Assembly: GCA_963845755.1 (NCBI GenBank)
Contig: CAWJTV010000029.1
Coordinates: 1-64,000 of the forward strand
From: an uncultured Planctomycetota bacterium
GTDB lineage: Bacteria; Planctomycetota; Planctomycetia; Isosphaerales; Isosphaeraceae
Length of the DNA: 64,000 nucleotides
Direction: 5' to 3'
A program made the translations under genes and the position numbers. Each line of letters begins with the position of its first letter. Within the stretch, counting starts at the first letter, position 1. Below are positions 23,275 through 33,828 of the stretch, piece after piece. Below the pieces are notes generated by a model. That model was not told the origin of the DNA. It searched no databases and saw only the letters and a program-made list of their open reading frames with translations.

Positions 23275-23326
23275 CGACCCTAGCCACCCCGGTCTGGCAC
23301 GGGGAGCACCAGTGTGGCTGGGGTCG
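23275..23326. repeat. Inverted repeat (REP-like) between convergent genes
   Basis: CGACCCTAGCCAC / GTGGCTGGGGTCG, 12/13 complementary. Confidence 0.5.
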
Positions 23327-23434
23327 AGCCCGCCTTGCCAGCAGTACCCCCAGACGTCCCCTCGTTGTGCGACAGTCGCCACAGGAATCCCCAATGCGCG
23401 CACGCAGCAGAGCTCGCCCCTCCCGAGGAAGACT

Positions 23435-23842
23435 CTACTGCCCCAGAAGCTCCAGCGTCCGCTTGACGAATGCCGAAGAGCCCTCGACGGCCTCGGCGGG
23501 AGAGAGCTTCAGCCGCTGAGCCAACTCGAACTTGCGGAGAAGTGAGGCGTCGAGCTGGCCGGGACGGACGTAGAGGTTCTCGCAGGCCAGGAGCAGGCAG
23601 CGCAGGCCGAACTCGCGATAGCCTTTGGCATAGACCAGGGCACGAAGGCAGCAGAACATGGCTTCGTAGCTGAGGAAGACGACGTCCGCCGGATCCCCCT
23701 GCCCTGACGTGTGGATATTCACGGCCGCATCGAGGCGATCCCCGGCCTTGGCGAGCAACTCGACGATCCGAGTCGGCGCCTCGTTGTCCTCGAACAGGTA
23801 GGGGCTATCCAGGCACTTTTGGAGCGTGTTGATGATGGCCAT
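23435..23842 (-). CDS. HEPN-like (UPF0332-type) protein
   Basis: SYEAMF..LRALVY.KGYRE and LYV..G.L pattern; all-helical, 135 aa. Confidence 0.65.
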   Translation of the reverse strand: MAIINTLQKCLDSPYLFEDNEAPTRIVELLAKAGDRLDAAVNIHTSGQGDPADVVFLSYEAMFCCLRALVYAKGYREFGLRCLLLACENLYVRPGQLDASLLRKFELAQRLKLSPAEAVEGSSAFVKRTLELLGQ

Positions 23843-23922
23843 GGCCGTGACGTCTCGTCTCTAAATCTCGCCTCGGTTTGTATCAATTATCGTCGGATCG
23901 AGTTCGCTCAGCGGTGAGTCGG

Positions 23923-25839
23923 CTATCCCTTGGCGGGAGGCGAGTCCGCTGACTTGGCCGGCGTCGGAGCACTTTTCGGCGTATTTGCGCCCTTGCCTTT
24001 GGCCTGGGCCTTACCCTTCGCAGCGCCGGGAGGACCACCCTTCTTGGAAGACCCCTTGGTCTGGGCCTTCTTGGTCATGCCACCACCCCCCGCCTTACCG
24101 ATCGCCTTCATCCTGGCCTCGTATTGCTGCATGTCGAGCGGAGGGACCGATGCGGGAGCGGGAGGCGTCCTGGCGCCGGCCGCCTGGGACGGACCCTTGA
24201 GAGGCCTCACCTCGAGTTGACCGGTCAGCATCGTCGTCGCCGCGGCCTCCATCGAGCCAACCAGCAGCGAGGGCATGATGCCAAAAACGACGACTACCAG
24301 TGTTCCCAGCACGATCGGCAGTTCGATGGGTCGCGTCGCCGGAGAGAGCCGTCGTGGGCCGGGTTCCCGGAGGAACATGGCCTTGAGGACCCGAACATAG
24401 TAAAACGCCGAGACGACGGAATTGAAGAGGCCAAGTGCGACCAGCCAGAGCAAGGTGACGGGCTGATCGGGGTTCCTCTGGTCGAGCGCCTCCCAGAATA
24501 CATAGAACTTGGCGAAGAACCCGGCCAGCGGCGGGATTCCGATCAACGAGAGCATGAGGACTAGGATACACGTGGCCAAAATCGGCTCTTGATACCCCAG
24601 CCCGTTGAGGTCGTCGATGTCGTCGGTCGTCTTGTCGCGGACGAGCCAGGCGGCCACCGCGAATGCCCCGACGTTGGCGAATGCGTAGACGATTAAGTAA
24701 TAGAGTACGGCACCGGCGGCCTTCGGTCCGTCGGTCGCGATGCTCGCCGCCGCCACCCCGACGAGGATGTATCCGGCGTGCGCAATTGACGAGTACGCCA
24801 GCATGCGCTTGAAGTTCCGCTGGGCCAGTGCGGCGAAATTGCCGTAGGTCATCGTCACGGCCGAGATGATCGCGATGATGCCGATCCAACCCGGCCCCAT
24901 GATACTTGTCGATGGGTTGGACCAGGGGATCAGGCCGTGGAGGAACACCTTCATCAGCGCGACAAAGCTCGCCAACTTCGAGCCGGTGGCAATCCAGGCC
25001 GTGACCGGCGCCGGCGCACCTTCATACGCGTCGGGCGCCCATTGGTGGAACGGCACCGCGGCGACCTTGAACCCGAAGCCCACCATCATCAAGAGGACCG
25101 CCATCGCGCCGGCCAGGTTGCCCGAGAGTCCGTTCTCTTGGGAATCCACCAGCAACCGCCGGATCGCCTCGAATTGGGTCGTCCCGGTCAGACCATAAAG
25201 GAGGCTCAGGCCAAACAGGAACAGCGCCGAGGAGACGGATCCATAGACGAAATACTTCAACCCTCCCTCCGCCGACCGGCGTTTCGTCTTCTCCAGCGCC
25301 GTGCTGAGATACAGGCAAATCGTCATCGTCTCGAGCGTCAAGAAGAGTGTGATCAATTCCTCGGCAGCGGTCAGCAGCATCATTCCGACCGTCGCCCAGA
25401 ACATGAGCGCAAAGTACTCGCCCCACTCCTCCGTGAACGACCAGGCCATCGATAGATAGAAGACCAGGCCCAGCAGGATGACATAGAGGATGTTGAAATA
25501 TCCGACCTGGGCGTCACCGGCAATCGTGCCGAAGAAGAGAAAGGGATCCGTATCGATCAGGTAAGAGATGGTTGAACCACTGAACCACTTGGCGGCCTCA
25601 TCGGGGTAGTTGCTGACGAGGAGGGGAACCATGCAGACGGCCAATGCGGCGACCAGCGCCACCCCCACGCCGACCAGCGCCAGCCGGCCGATCACCAGCC
25701 GCCGCGCCGCCGAGCTGAGGCGCTTCGCCAGTCCCAGGTCCACCAGCAGCACCAGCAAGCCCCAGACCGTCAGCACGATCGCGGGTGACAGGTAAAAGAC
25801 GTCTTGGAAATTGACCGTCGGGGTGGTGTTCGTCGGCAT
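23923..25839 (-). CDS. nuoN: NADH-quinone oxidoreductase subunit N
   Basis: SAEGGLKYF, GFGFKVAAVPFHQWAPDAYEGAP, KRMLAYSSIAHAGY, SLIGIPPLAGF. Confidence 0.96.
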   Translation of the reverse strand: MPTNTTPTVNFQDVFYLSPAIVLTVWGLLVLLVDLGLAKRLSSAARRLVIGRLALVGVGVALVAALAVCMVPLLVSNYPDEAAKWFSGSTISYLIDTDPFLFFGTIAGDAQVGYFNILYVILLGLVFYLSMAWSFTEEWGEYFALMFWATVGMMLLTAAEELITLFLTLETMTICLYLSTALEKTKRRSAEGGLKYFVYGSVSSALFLFGLSLLYGLTGTTQFEAIRRLLVDSQENGLSGNLAGAMAVLLMMVGFGFKVAAVPFHQWAPDAYEGAPAPVTAWIATGSKLASFVALMKVFLHGLIPWSNPSTSIMGPGWIGIIAIISAVTMTYGNFAALAQRNFKRMLAYSSIAHAGYILVGVAAASIATDGPKAAGAVLYYLIVYAFANVGAFAVAAWLVRDKTTDDIDDLNGLGYQEPILATCILVLMLSLIGIPPLAGFFAKFYVFWEALDQRNPDQPVTLLWLVALGLFNSVVSAFYYVRVLKAMFLREPGPRRLSPATRPIELPIVLGTLVVVVFGIMPSLLVGSMEAAATTMLTGQLEVRPLKGPSQAAGARTPPAPASVPPLDMQQYEARMKAIGKAGGGGMTKKAQTKGSSKKGGPPGAAKGKAQAKGKGANTPKSAPTPAKSADSPPAKG

Positions 25840-25908
25840 TAGCTGATCCTGGTGGCAAGTGGCTTCGCGAGTAGCGAGTGACGAGTAGCGAGTGAATATC
25901 GTATGACT

Positions 25909-26238
25909 CTACCCCGACAGACTGTCGTAACGATCCACATCGGCGGCATGCCAGCGGCGATAGCAGAGCAGGATCAACCCGATGCCGACGGCGACCTCGG
26001 CCGCGGCGACGGTCAGCACGAAGATGGCGAGGATGACCCCACTGATGGGACCGCCCTCGGGCCCCTCGGGCCCGTACCGCCAGAAGGCCACGAGGTTGAC
26101 GTTGGCGGCGTTGAGCATGATCTCGATCGCCATGAGCACCGCGATGGCGTTGCGCCTGACGAGGACACCGGCCAGCCCGATCGAAAAGGAGGCGGCGGCG
26201 AAGACGAGGAACCAGCTCAAGGGGATGTCGGAACCCAT
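25909..26238 (-). CDS. nuoK: NADH-quinone oxidoreductase subunit K
   Basis: RRNAI..LMAIEIMLNAANVN, VAAAEVAVG. Confidence 0.96.
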   Translation of the reverse strand: MGSDIPLSWFLVFAAASFSIGLAGVLVRRNAIAVLMAIEIMLNAANVNLVAFWRYGPEGPEGGPISGVILAIFVLTVAAAEVAVGIGLILLCYRRWHAADVDRYDSLSG

Positions 26239-26337
26239 GTCGTCAACCTGTCTCTCTTGAAAGCGGTGGTTCGTCCTGGAGAGTGTGGGGCTCGCCGGCA
26301 CTTCGGGATGCCCCCGGGAGGCCGGGATTGAAACGAC

Positions 26338-26994
26338 TCAGAGAGCCGTGGGAGCGGCTTTGGCTCCGGCTTCGGACGGCATCGCGAGCTCGTGCTCGCG
26401 CCCCGACCGCCGAGCGATCCGGCCGGCGCCAGGCTCCTCTTCTTCGCGGTGGGCCAGCGCGATCGCGCCCACTAAGGCCGCCGTCAGCAGGAGCCCGGCC
26501 ACCTCGAAGCCGATGACGTATCGGGTCAATAACTCGTCGCCGACGACCTTCGCCATGTTGTTCACAGCGAGCATCCGGGGCGACGGAGGCTGGTTCGCGA
26601 CCGGGGCGATACTCGGCCGGGCCTCGGTAGTCGACCAGCTCTTGCGTCCGCTCAACCCGTTCTGGGACGAGATCCCGACGGCCAGAATCAGGAACACGCA
26701 GAGCCCGGCGATCAGGCCGGGAACCTGCCAGGCCGACGGCGCGCTCGTCGGATCGTCTCCCTGGATGTTCCGCGTCAGCATGATCCCGAACATCAAGATG
26801 ATCGCCACCGCGCCGATATACACCAGCACCTGGAGCGCCGCCAGGAACTCGGCCTCCAGCAGCACAAATTGACATGCGATGGTGAAGAAGAACGCGATGA
26901 GGAACAACGCTGCGTGCACCAGGTTCCGCGCCAGCACGGTCCCCAGGGCCGCTGCCAGCCCGATCGCCGCGATGATCATGAACACGACCTGCAT
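26338..26994 (-). CDS. nuoJ: NADH-quinone oxidoreductase subunit J
   Basis: NLVHAALFL, AEFLAALQVLVYIGAVAI..MFGIML, FEV...LL..ALVGAI. Confidence 0.95.
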   Translation of the reverse strand: MQVVFMIIAAIGLAAALGTVLARNLVHAALFLIAFFFTIACQFVLLEAEFLAALQVLVYIGAVAIILMFGIMLTRNIQGDDPTSAPSAWQVPGLIAGLCVFLILAVGISSQNGLSGRKSWSTTEARPSIAPVANQPPSPRMLAVNNMAKVVGDELLTRYVIGFEVAGLLLTAALVGAIALAHREEEEPGAGRIARRSGREHELAMPSEAGAKAAPTAL

Positions 26995-27053
26995 CACGAT
27001 CCACTCTCCCGCTTGCTCGAGGTGTTCCCATCCGGCATGTGCCGACCGGACCT

Positions 27054-28352
27054 TCAATGTGCAATCTCGCGGATTCCCAGCGTCGGCGGACGAACCGGAC
27101 CGACCGACGGCCATTCGGTACCCAGCAGGGCGCGAGCCGCCGTGCGGCGATTCAGCAACAACATCACGACGACCGCCGCGACCACGAGGATCCCCGTAAC
27201 CACCGAGCCCTTGAACCAATTGGCGAACGTCCAGTAGCCCGAAGCTTGACCTTCCGGCGCCCGGATCACCATCTCGAACCAGATCCCCGCCACGAACACG
27301 TTCACGATGCTCAACGGCACGAGGAATTTCCACGCGAAGTTCATCAGACGGTCAACCCGCATCCGTGGGAGGGTCGCCCGGATCCAGAACATCAGGAAGA
27401 TGAAGAAGAGCACCTTGCCCATGAAGACGGCGATCAAGATCAGGTCGACCAGGATGAGCGAGAACAGCGTACCGCCCTCCAGGTTGGCGGGGAATTCGGA
27501 AAAGGGCACCACCGTTCCGCCACCGAGGAACAAGACGGTCGCCACGCAACTGACCGCGAAGACGCTCAAATACTCGGCCAGGAAGAACAGTCCGAACCGC
27601 ATGCTGGAATATTCGGTGTGATACCCGGCGATAATCTCCGACTCGGCCTCGGGCAGGTCGAAGGGAGTCCGGTTCACCTCGGCGATGCTGGCGATCAGCA
27701 GGATCACGAACGCCAGCAAGCCGGGCGGTGACATGATGAACCAGCCGAACTTCCGCTGTTGATCGAAGATCGTCACCAGGCTCAGGCTGCCGGCCCACAG
27801 GACGACCGGGATCGTCGAGAGGACCTGGGGGACCTCATAGGAAACGAGCTGGGCCACGGACCGCATCGCGCCCAGGAGCGAATACTTGTTCCGGCTCGAC
27901 CAGCCGGCCAAGAAGATGCCTAGCGGACTCAAACTCGATACGGCGACCAGGTAGACCATGCCCGAGGGCAGGTCCACGGGTGCCATGCCGATGGCGAACG
28001 GAATCACCGCCATGACCAGGAACGCCGACATGATGACCAGCACGGGAGCGGCCAGATGCACCACACGATCGGCCGATCGGGGGACGATGTCCTCCTTGGT
28101 GAGCAGCTTGAGCGCATCGGCGATCGGCTGGAGTAGCCCCAGCGGCCCCACGCGATTGGGCCCGATCCGGTCCTGGAACCGGGCGGCCACTTTCCGCTCC
28201 AGCCAGACCATGTACGCCACGATTCCGGGGAAGACGCCGAAGAAGCCGACCAACAGCCAGAGTGCCCAGCGAACGATGGTCCAGGTATCCAACTGAACGA
28301 GTTGTGTCTGGGCGAAGATCGGCGTTCCCAACCAGCTCATCGCGTTGTTCAC
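27054..28352 (-). CDS. nuoH: NADH-quinone oxidoreductase subunit H
   Basis: ERKV.AR.QDRIGPNRVGP.GLLQ..AD..KLL.KED, NRTPFDLPEAESE..AGYHTEYS. Confidence 0.97.
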   Translation of the reverse strand: MNNAMSWLGTPIFAQTQLVQLDTWTIVRWALWLLVGFFGVFPGIVAYMVWLERKVAARFQDRIGPNRVGPLGLLQPIADALKLLTKEDIVPRSADRVVHLAAPVLVIMSAFLVMAVIPFAIGMAPVDLPSGMVYLVAVSSLSPLGIFLAGWSSRNKYSLLGAMRSVAQLVSYEVPQVLSTIPVVLWAGSLSLVTIFDQQRKFGWFIMSPPGLLAFVILLIASIAEVNRTPFDLPEAESEIIAGYHTEYSSMRFGLFFLAEYLSVFAVSCVATVLFLGGGTVVPFSEFPANLEGGTLFSLILVDLILIAVFMGKVLFFIFLMFWIRATLPRMRVDRLMNFAWKFLVPLSIVNVFVAGIWFEMVIRAPEGQASGYWTFANWFKGSVVTGILVVAAVVVMLLLNRRTAARALLGTEWPSVGPVRPPTLGIREIAH

Positions 28353-28461
28353 CGCTGTGTATCCCCCTCTTCACCCGGGTCCGAAGTCGGCCAGGCTTTC
28401 CCGCCCGACGCTCGATTCCGTCAGGCGGGAAAGCCCGACCTACTCTGCCGTTCGTTTCGTA

Positions 28462-28821
28462 TCACACCCAGCGCAAGACGCCCTTGGCCCAGGCGTAGAT
28501 CAGCCCGACCATGAGAATAATTAGGAAGATCGCCATCTCGACCAGTGCGAAGGTTCCCAGCCCGACGTAACTCACCGCCCAGGGGAAGAGGAACACCGTC
28601 TCGATGTCGAAGACCACAAACATCAAGGCATAGATATAATACTGAATTCGGAATCGCACCCAGGTCTCGCCGTAGGTGCGGACGCCGCACTCGTAAACAT
28701 CGCCCTTGGCCAGCGATTTCTTGCGCGGGGCGATGATCCGCACCACGATGAGCGGGGCCAATGCGAAGGCGATCGCCAGCAGCAGCAGGAGTCCGATGAA
28801 GATATAGTTGTAGAGGACCAT
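28462..28821 (-). CDS. nuoA: NADH-quinone oxidoreductase subunit A
   Basis: YECG, FVVFDIETVFLFPWAV, YAW.KG.L.W. Confidence 0.97.
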   Translation of the reverse strand: MVLYNYIFIGLLLLLAIAFALAPLIVVRIIAPRKKSLAKGDVYECGVRTYGETWVRFRIQYYIYALMFVVFDIETVFLFPWAVSYVGLGTFALVEMAIFLIILMVGLIYAWAKGVLRWV

Positions 28822-28968
28822 GTCGTGCCACCGTCCTGAGTGTCGAGGGATCTGTCCGTATGAGGAAGCGGAATCGAATCAAGACGATCCGACGGCCTCC
28901 GCGATCGGCCGGGCGGCGATTCCAACCCGGCCGGGCGCCCAGCGAGCCTGGGCGGGCTCCGAGCCGAA

Positions 28969-29268
28969 TCAGGGTGCCGGGCTTGCAACAGATTGCACCG
29001 TCGCCGGGTCGGCGACCAGTTCCACCTGGGTCTCGCTGTCCAGGGCGACCTCGGTGATCTCGCCGTCGTCGCGCCGGAGCTGGAAGGTCTCCTGCTGGCA
29101 ATACGACGCTTTTCCCCCCATCTCGATCCCGCCGACAGGCCGCCGGCCTTCTTTCACGACGACCCCTTCGACCTGGGACAGCCATCGGCGATGACCGACC
29201 CGGACGTACTGGGTGACGCGGACGCGGGTGCCGGGGAGATACTTGAGCTTGGGGGGTGTGGGGATCAT
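28969..29268 (-). CDS. Small hypothetical beta-rich protein upstream of nuoA
   Basis: PGTRVRVTQ...VEGVVV...LRRDDGEITEVALD; typical codon usage. Confidence 0.65.
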   Translation of the reverse strand: MIPTPPKLKYLPGTRVRVTQYVRVGHRRWLSQVEGVVVKEGRRPVGGIEMGGKASYCQQETFQLRRDDGEITEVALDSETQVELVADPATVQSVASPAP

Positions 29269-29358
29269 GCTCGAATACGGTTTCCTGACGACCTGCCGCA
29301 GTCGAAAGCCCGACACCGGGAATGGGTGGAGCTCTCGCCGTCAAATCGCGTGATCGCT

Positions 29359-31583
29359 TCATTTCCAGGTTCGAGCGACCATCTTAAGGCGGCCGGACAC
29401 CCAGAGCAAGACCCCACTCGGATCGTTCCGGCTTCCCGGAGAATTGGCGAGATGGCCCCATCGCCCCTGCAAGATCGCCAGGAAGAGCCGATCGCGGGGA
29501 TCCGCACTTCCATTCGACGTCATCCCCGTCTCGACGGCGGATGTGGCGGCGCCCCAGTCACCCGCGCGGCAATAGGCAACGCCCAGGATCCGGTGCGCCG
29601 AGGCACACTGGGCACATCTAGACCCTTGATGGATTCCCATTCCAGAGCCTGGCGGGCCAGGCGGATTGCCAGTGCCAGATCAGCCTTCGGCAATGAGGGA
29701 CGCGCAGGAGGTCCGAGGCCAGGCGATTGAAGGGCTCGATCAGGGCCTTGTGAAAACAAGGCGCCGCGGCGGCCGGGTTACCGACCAGATTCTCGGCCGA
29801 ATGCAAGGCGTGGCGGAATCGCAGCTCGGCCGCCGAGTGGTCGCCGCTTCGCGATAACCTCTTGGAGTACTCGTGCAAAGTCTCGATCAGTCCGGTCTGA
29901 AGCCAGATCCAGCCGGGGTGCTGGTGAATGAGGCTTTCATAGATCTGGATCGCACGTTCGTAATCGTCACAGCCCGCTGTCTCTCCAAGCACCATGCGGA
30001 AAAAGCCAAGGCGGCGCCAGAGCTTGGCCCTCAATTCGCTCACGAGCTGATCCTCGTGGGGCATCTTCACGAGCTGCTTGTAGTATTGGATGGCGGACCG
30101 ATAGAACTGGTCGGCTTCCATGCTACGGAGGGGTTCGGAGTCCTTGGACGGATCGCTGAAGATCTGGGCGATCTGGTCGAACTGTGCAATCGAATGTTCG
30201 TTGGCGAACCTCATCTGGAACAGAACTTGCTTCTGGCTTTGCAGTGCCGCATCAGTCCGCTCCTTCGCGCGCCAGAGCAGGGCCGTACCGACGGAAAGGG
30301 TCATGAACAGCACCGTCACTGCGGTCAGGACGACCGCGCGATGGCGGCGAGACCAACGAAGGCTTCGCTCCGGGAGCGTGGGCCGTCGAGCCCGGATCGG
30401 CCGGTCATCGAGGAAACGACCCAGATCCGTCGCCAGTTCGTGCGCCGTGCTATACCGAGCCGCTGGCTCTTTGGCGATGGCCTTGAGAACGATCGTCTCC
30501 AAGTCGCGGGAGATCGAGGGATTGATGCGGCGCGGTGCGACCGGTTCGTCCTGGAGGATCTGCCGCAGTAAGTTCTCGCGGCCAGCGGCCACGAAGGCCG
30601 GCCGGAGCGTCAGCAGCTCATAAAGCGTCAGACCCAGCGCGTAGACGTCGGTACGCGTATCGACCGCATGCCGATCGCCGCGGACTTGCTCGGGGCTCAT
30701 GTACCGTAGCGTGCCCACGAGATCGCCACTGCCCGTCAAGCTCGGGTCATCCTGAGGCAGGTGAGCCAGGCCGAAGTCGGCGACCCAGAGATGGCCACGG
30801 GAGTCGACCATCAGGTTGGACGGCTTGATATCGCGATGGATGACCCCAGCATCATGGGCGTGCTGAAGCGCCTCCGCGGCCTGGATCCCGTACTGGGCGA
30901 CGGTCCGCCAGCGGGCCAACGAACCCGACGACGACCAGGAACCAACGCGCCTTCCGTCAGGGAGGCTGCGTTGCTGGGCTCGCTCGGCGGCGCGGAACTC
31001 CTGGACCATCTCGGCGAGCGATCGTCCATCGATAAACCGCATCGCGAAATAGTGGACACCCTATCGCAGCCGACGCCGTAAACGGGGACGATGTGCTCGT
31101 GCTGGAGCAAGGCGACGACCTGGGCCTCGAGCTGGAATCGCTGTCGTTGTCGGGAATCCATCGATGCGGACGAGAGAAGGACCTTCAGCGCCACGCGGCG
31201 CCCCAGCGAGAGTTGCTCGGCCTCGTACACGACTCCCATGCCGCCGCGGCCGACCTCACGAATGATCCGATAATCGCCCAGCCGTTCAGAAGGCAGTGGG
31301 AGATCCTCGCTTCGAGACTCCTCGGGATCGTCGGTAGCCAACAAATCATCGTCGCGGGCGGAAAGGACAAGATCGAGACCGTCCAGGCAGTCGGCGAGTT
31401 CATCCGCAATGGCGGCATGACGGGCCAGGAACTCGCTTCGTTCGGGTTGCTGGCCGAGCCCGCGGAGGTGGACATACTCATCCAGCACCAGCGCGATACG
31501 GGAGATATCGCCGGATGGACGTGTCGGAAACCGGGTCGTCCCAAGGGTCGCCGGGAAAGGGATGTGCCTGGGGAATACGTCAT
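29359..31583 (-). CDS. Ser/Thr protein kinase with TM-like segment and C-terminal TPR-like region; frameshifted, start uncertain
   Basis: GRGGMGVVY, VALK, HRDIKPSN, DFG, GTLRYMSPEQ, LGVAYCRAGDW. Confidence 0.88.
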
Positions 31584-31722
31584 GGTTGTTCTTATTCCCA
31601 GAGTTCTTCGAGCGCCATCGCTTTGGAACCACCGACTCGATTCAGCCAGCATGTCAGATTCGACCGGAGAGAGACAAGTCAAACCGATCGTGTGGGCCAA
31701 GAAAGGGTTCTGAGGGCGCGTC

Positions 31723-32327
31723 TTACTCTCCAGGGGGCATCGGCTCCGGTGGCGTGTCCAAGGACGGCTCGATCGGCGACAACGAGACGATCGAAGCTGC
31801 CTCGACCTCCGCCAGGCGGGCGAGGTAGCGCCGGAGCCGGTCGACCGCGCCCTCCGGTTCCACACGATTTTCGGGTTCGTCCCGACGGCCGTGGGCGACC
31901 CGATTCCGGAACTTCCGGACCTGGTTGATCTGGGCGGTCAGATCAACGTCCATCGCCTTGTATGCCGCCGGTGACTTTGCCGAAGCTCCCGTTCTCGATG
32001 GCCTCCTTGAGGTCGTTGACGGCACGTAGCACGGCAGGATGTTGGATCGACGATGTTTCCCGTTCGACATCCACACTCGCCCGAGCACGGACATTCGCCT
32101 CGAAGACCGAGAACAACACGAGGACTGCAAGATCATCGAGGTCGTCCAGAATCATTGACGCCCGGTCTAGAAGATCCGCCTCGGTGCGATGGCGAAGACG
32201 GTTGTCGCGGCCCAATACCGTTTCCAGCGCCGGGTCGTTCCACTTCCCTGCCAGTTTCCTGATGTCGAGGGCGAGCATCCGGACCGCGAGATACCACTCC
32301 CAGGCATCATCGAGCGACTCGGATCAT
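31723..32327 (-). CDS. HEPN-domain putative RNase (RiboL-PSP/MAE_28990-like); frameshifted
   Basis: VLFSVFE (N-terminal Glu motif) and RNRVAH (R-X4-H); ATG overlaps the upstream TGA (ATGA at 32324-32327). Confidence 0.75.
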
Positions 32328-32844
32328 CCGAGCAAATCCCGCAGGATGAATTGGAGCCAAATCGGGTCGAGCGGCTTCGGCACGCCTTGATCGCCCGCTA
32401 CCGCGTACCAGAAATCCCGACCGCCAGTGATGCTACGGAACAGTATAGTGTCTCCCTTCTCCGTTGGTCATGTCGACGCGGCCTCCGGAAAGGTCGCCAC
32501 ATCTCTTCGGTTTTCCGCAATCGTGCCTGCAAGTGCTGGAGGAACAAGGGCCCAGTCGACGAAACGGCCCACGGGCTGGATGTCAACGAAGTCGAAGTCG
32601 AGGCGGATCTTGACCGCCGGCGCGTCGTAGACGCCCAGGCGATCCTCGACGCGCTCGACTTCATACGACACGACTTCGAGGAGACCGTCCGGGTCCGCCT
32701 CACGAATCAAACTCCCGGATCTGGTCGAAGAGGCGATTAAGGGCGTCGAGCCATTCCCGTCGGCGTTGCCTTCGATCCTTCCAATCCGAGCCTTCAGTTT
32801 TCTGTCGCAGGAATTCCTGGAAGCTGGTCTCCAAGATCCGCCAT
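32324..32844 (-). CDS. Hypothetical protein translationally coupled to the HEPN gene; frameshifted
   Basis: Reconstructed across indels: FQEFLRQK...REWLDALNRLFDQIR...EDRLGVYDAPAVKI...QPVGR...GRVDMTNG; GAGG RBS-like signal. Confidence 0.6.
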
Positions 32845-32966
32845 CCTCTTCCCGGTTACATGATGATCGGGATGCCTGCCCTTGAGGATACCAGTTCCCC
32901 GGATCCGGGTCAGCCAGATCGATCCATCGCCGTGCCCGGCCTCACCCGCATACTAACGATGGCACA

Positions 32967-33683
32967 TCACACCTTGACCGGCTTGGCCGGCGCGGGCTTG
33001 GCGGCGGCCGCGGGAGCAGCTTTGGACGCGCCCAGGGCTTTCTGGAGCCGCTGGTCCTTCTTCTTGGCCACCTTGTTCCGCTCGGTGGTCTCGTCGGCGC
33101 TGTTCCAGGCCTCGGGATGGGTCTTGGCGTAGAAGTCGCTCGAGACCAGCAGGTCCTGGAGGTTGAAGATGTGGGTCTGGTGCCGCTCGTAGTTCGACAG
33201 CTCGAAGTTGTGGTCCATCTTGATCGCGTCGAACGGGCAGTATTCGGAACAAAGTCCGCAGTTCATGCAGACGTCCATGTCGATGTAGAAGTCCTCGGGA
33301 AGTGGGACGACCGTCCCCTTAGGGCTCTTGGCCTGGCTCATCCAGATGCACTGGGGCGGGCAGACCTTCGCGCAGATGTTGCACGAGGTGCAGCGGACGT
33401 TGCCGTCCTCGGTGTCGTAGATCAAGACGGGCAACACGCGGAACCGCTCGTAGACCGGCAGCCGTTCGTCGGGATACTCGACCGTGAAGAGCCCGGACGT
33501 CTTGAAATCCTGGGTGATCGTGGGTTCCTTGCCCCGGCCGGGGGTTCGGAACAGGTCGACCAGCAACGGGCCACCACCGCGCCGCGTGAATCCCTGCCCG
33601 GCCTTGATGTCCCTCCAGAACGTGAGCAAGAACCGCCGCAAAGTGACCAGGTGACCCCGGATGATGCCTGTCCCTACGCCCAT
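32967..33683 (-). CDS. nuoI: NADH-quinone oxidoreductase subunit I
   Basis: TVEYPDER, CTSCNICAKVCP and CMNCGLCSEYCP 4Fe-4S motifs. Confidence 0.93.
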   Translation of the reverse strand: MGVGTGIIRGHLVTLRRFLLTFWRDIKAGQGFTRRGGGPLLVDLFRTPGRGKEPTITQDFKTSGLFTVEYPDERLPVYERFRVLPVLIYDTEDGNVRCTSCNICAKVCPPQCIWMSQAKSPKGTVVPLPEDFYIDMDVCMNCGLCSEYCPFDAIKMDHNFELSNYERHQTHIFNLQDLLVSSDFYAKTHPEAWNSADETTERNKVAKKKDQRLQKALGASKAAPAAAAKPAPAKPVKV

Positions 33684-33828
33684 GTGATTCGCCCCTTGAT
33701 TACGAGGTGGGACCAGCCCACCCCACCCCATGATACTCGATCCGAATGCGGGAGTTCACGCGGCCGCGCCCGCCGTCACCGGATCGTAACGAACACATCG
33801 CAACAGGATCGACACGATATCTCCATGT

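Noticed and set aside
29110..29119. Another T-run/C-run resembling the T5C5 slippage site
   Set aside because: It is T4C6 on the non-coding strand of an uninterrupted ORF
29270..32966. Mobile element boundaries around the insert in the nuo cluster
   Set aside because: No direct or inverted terminal repeats and no recombinase gene found
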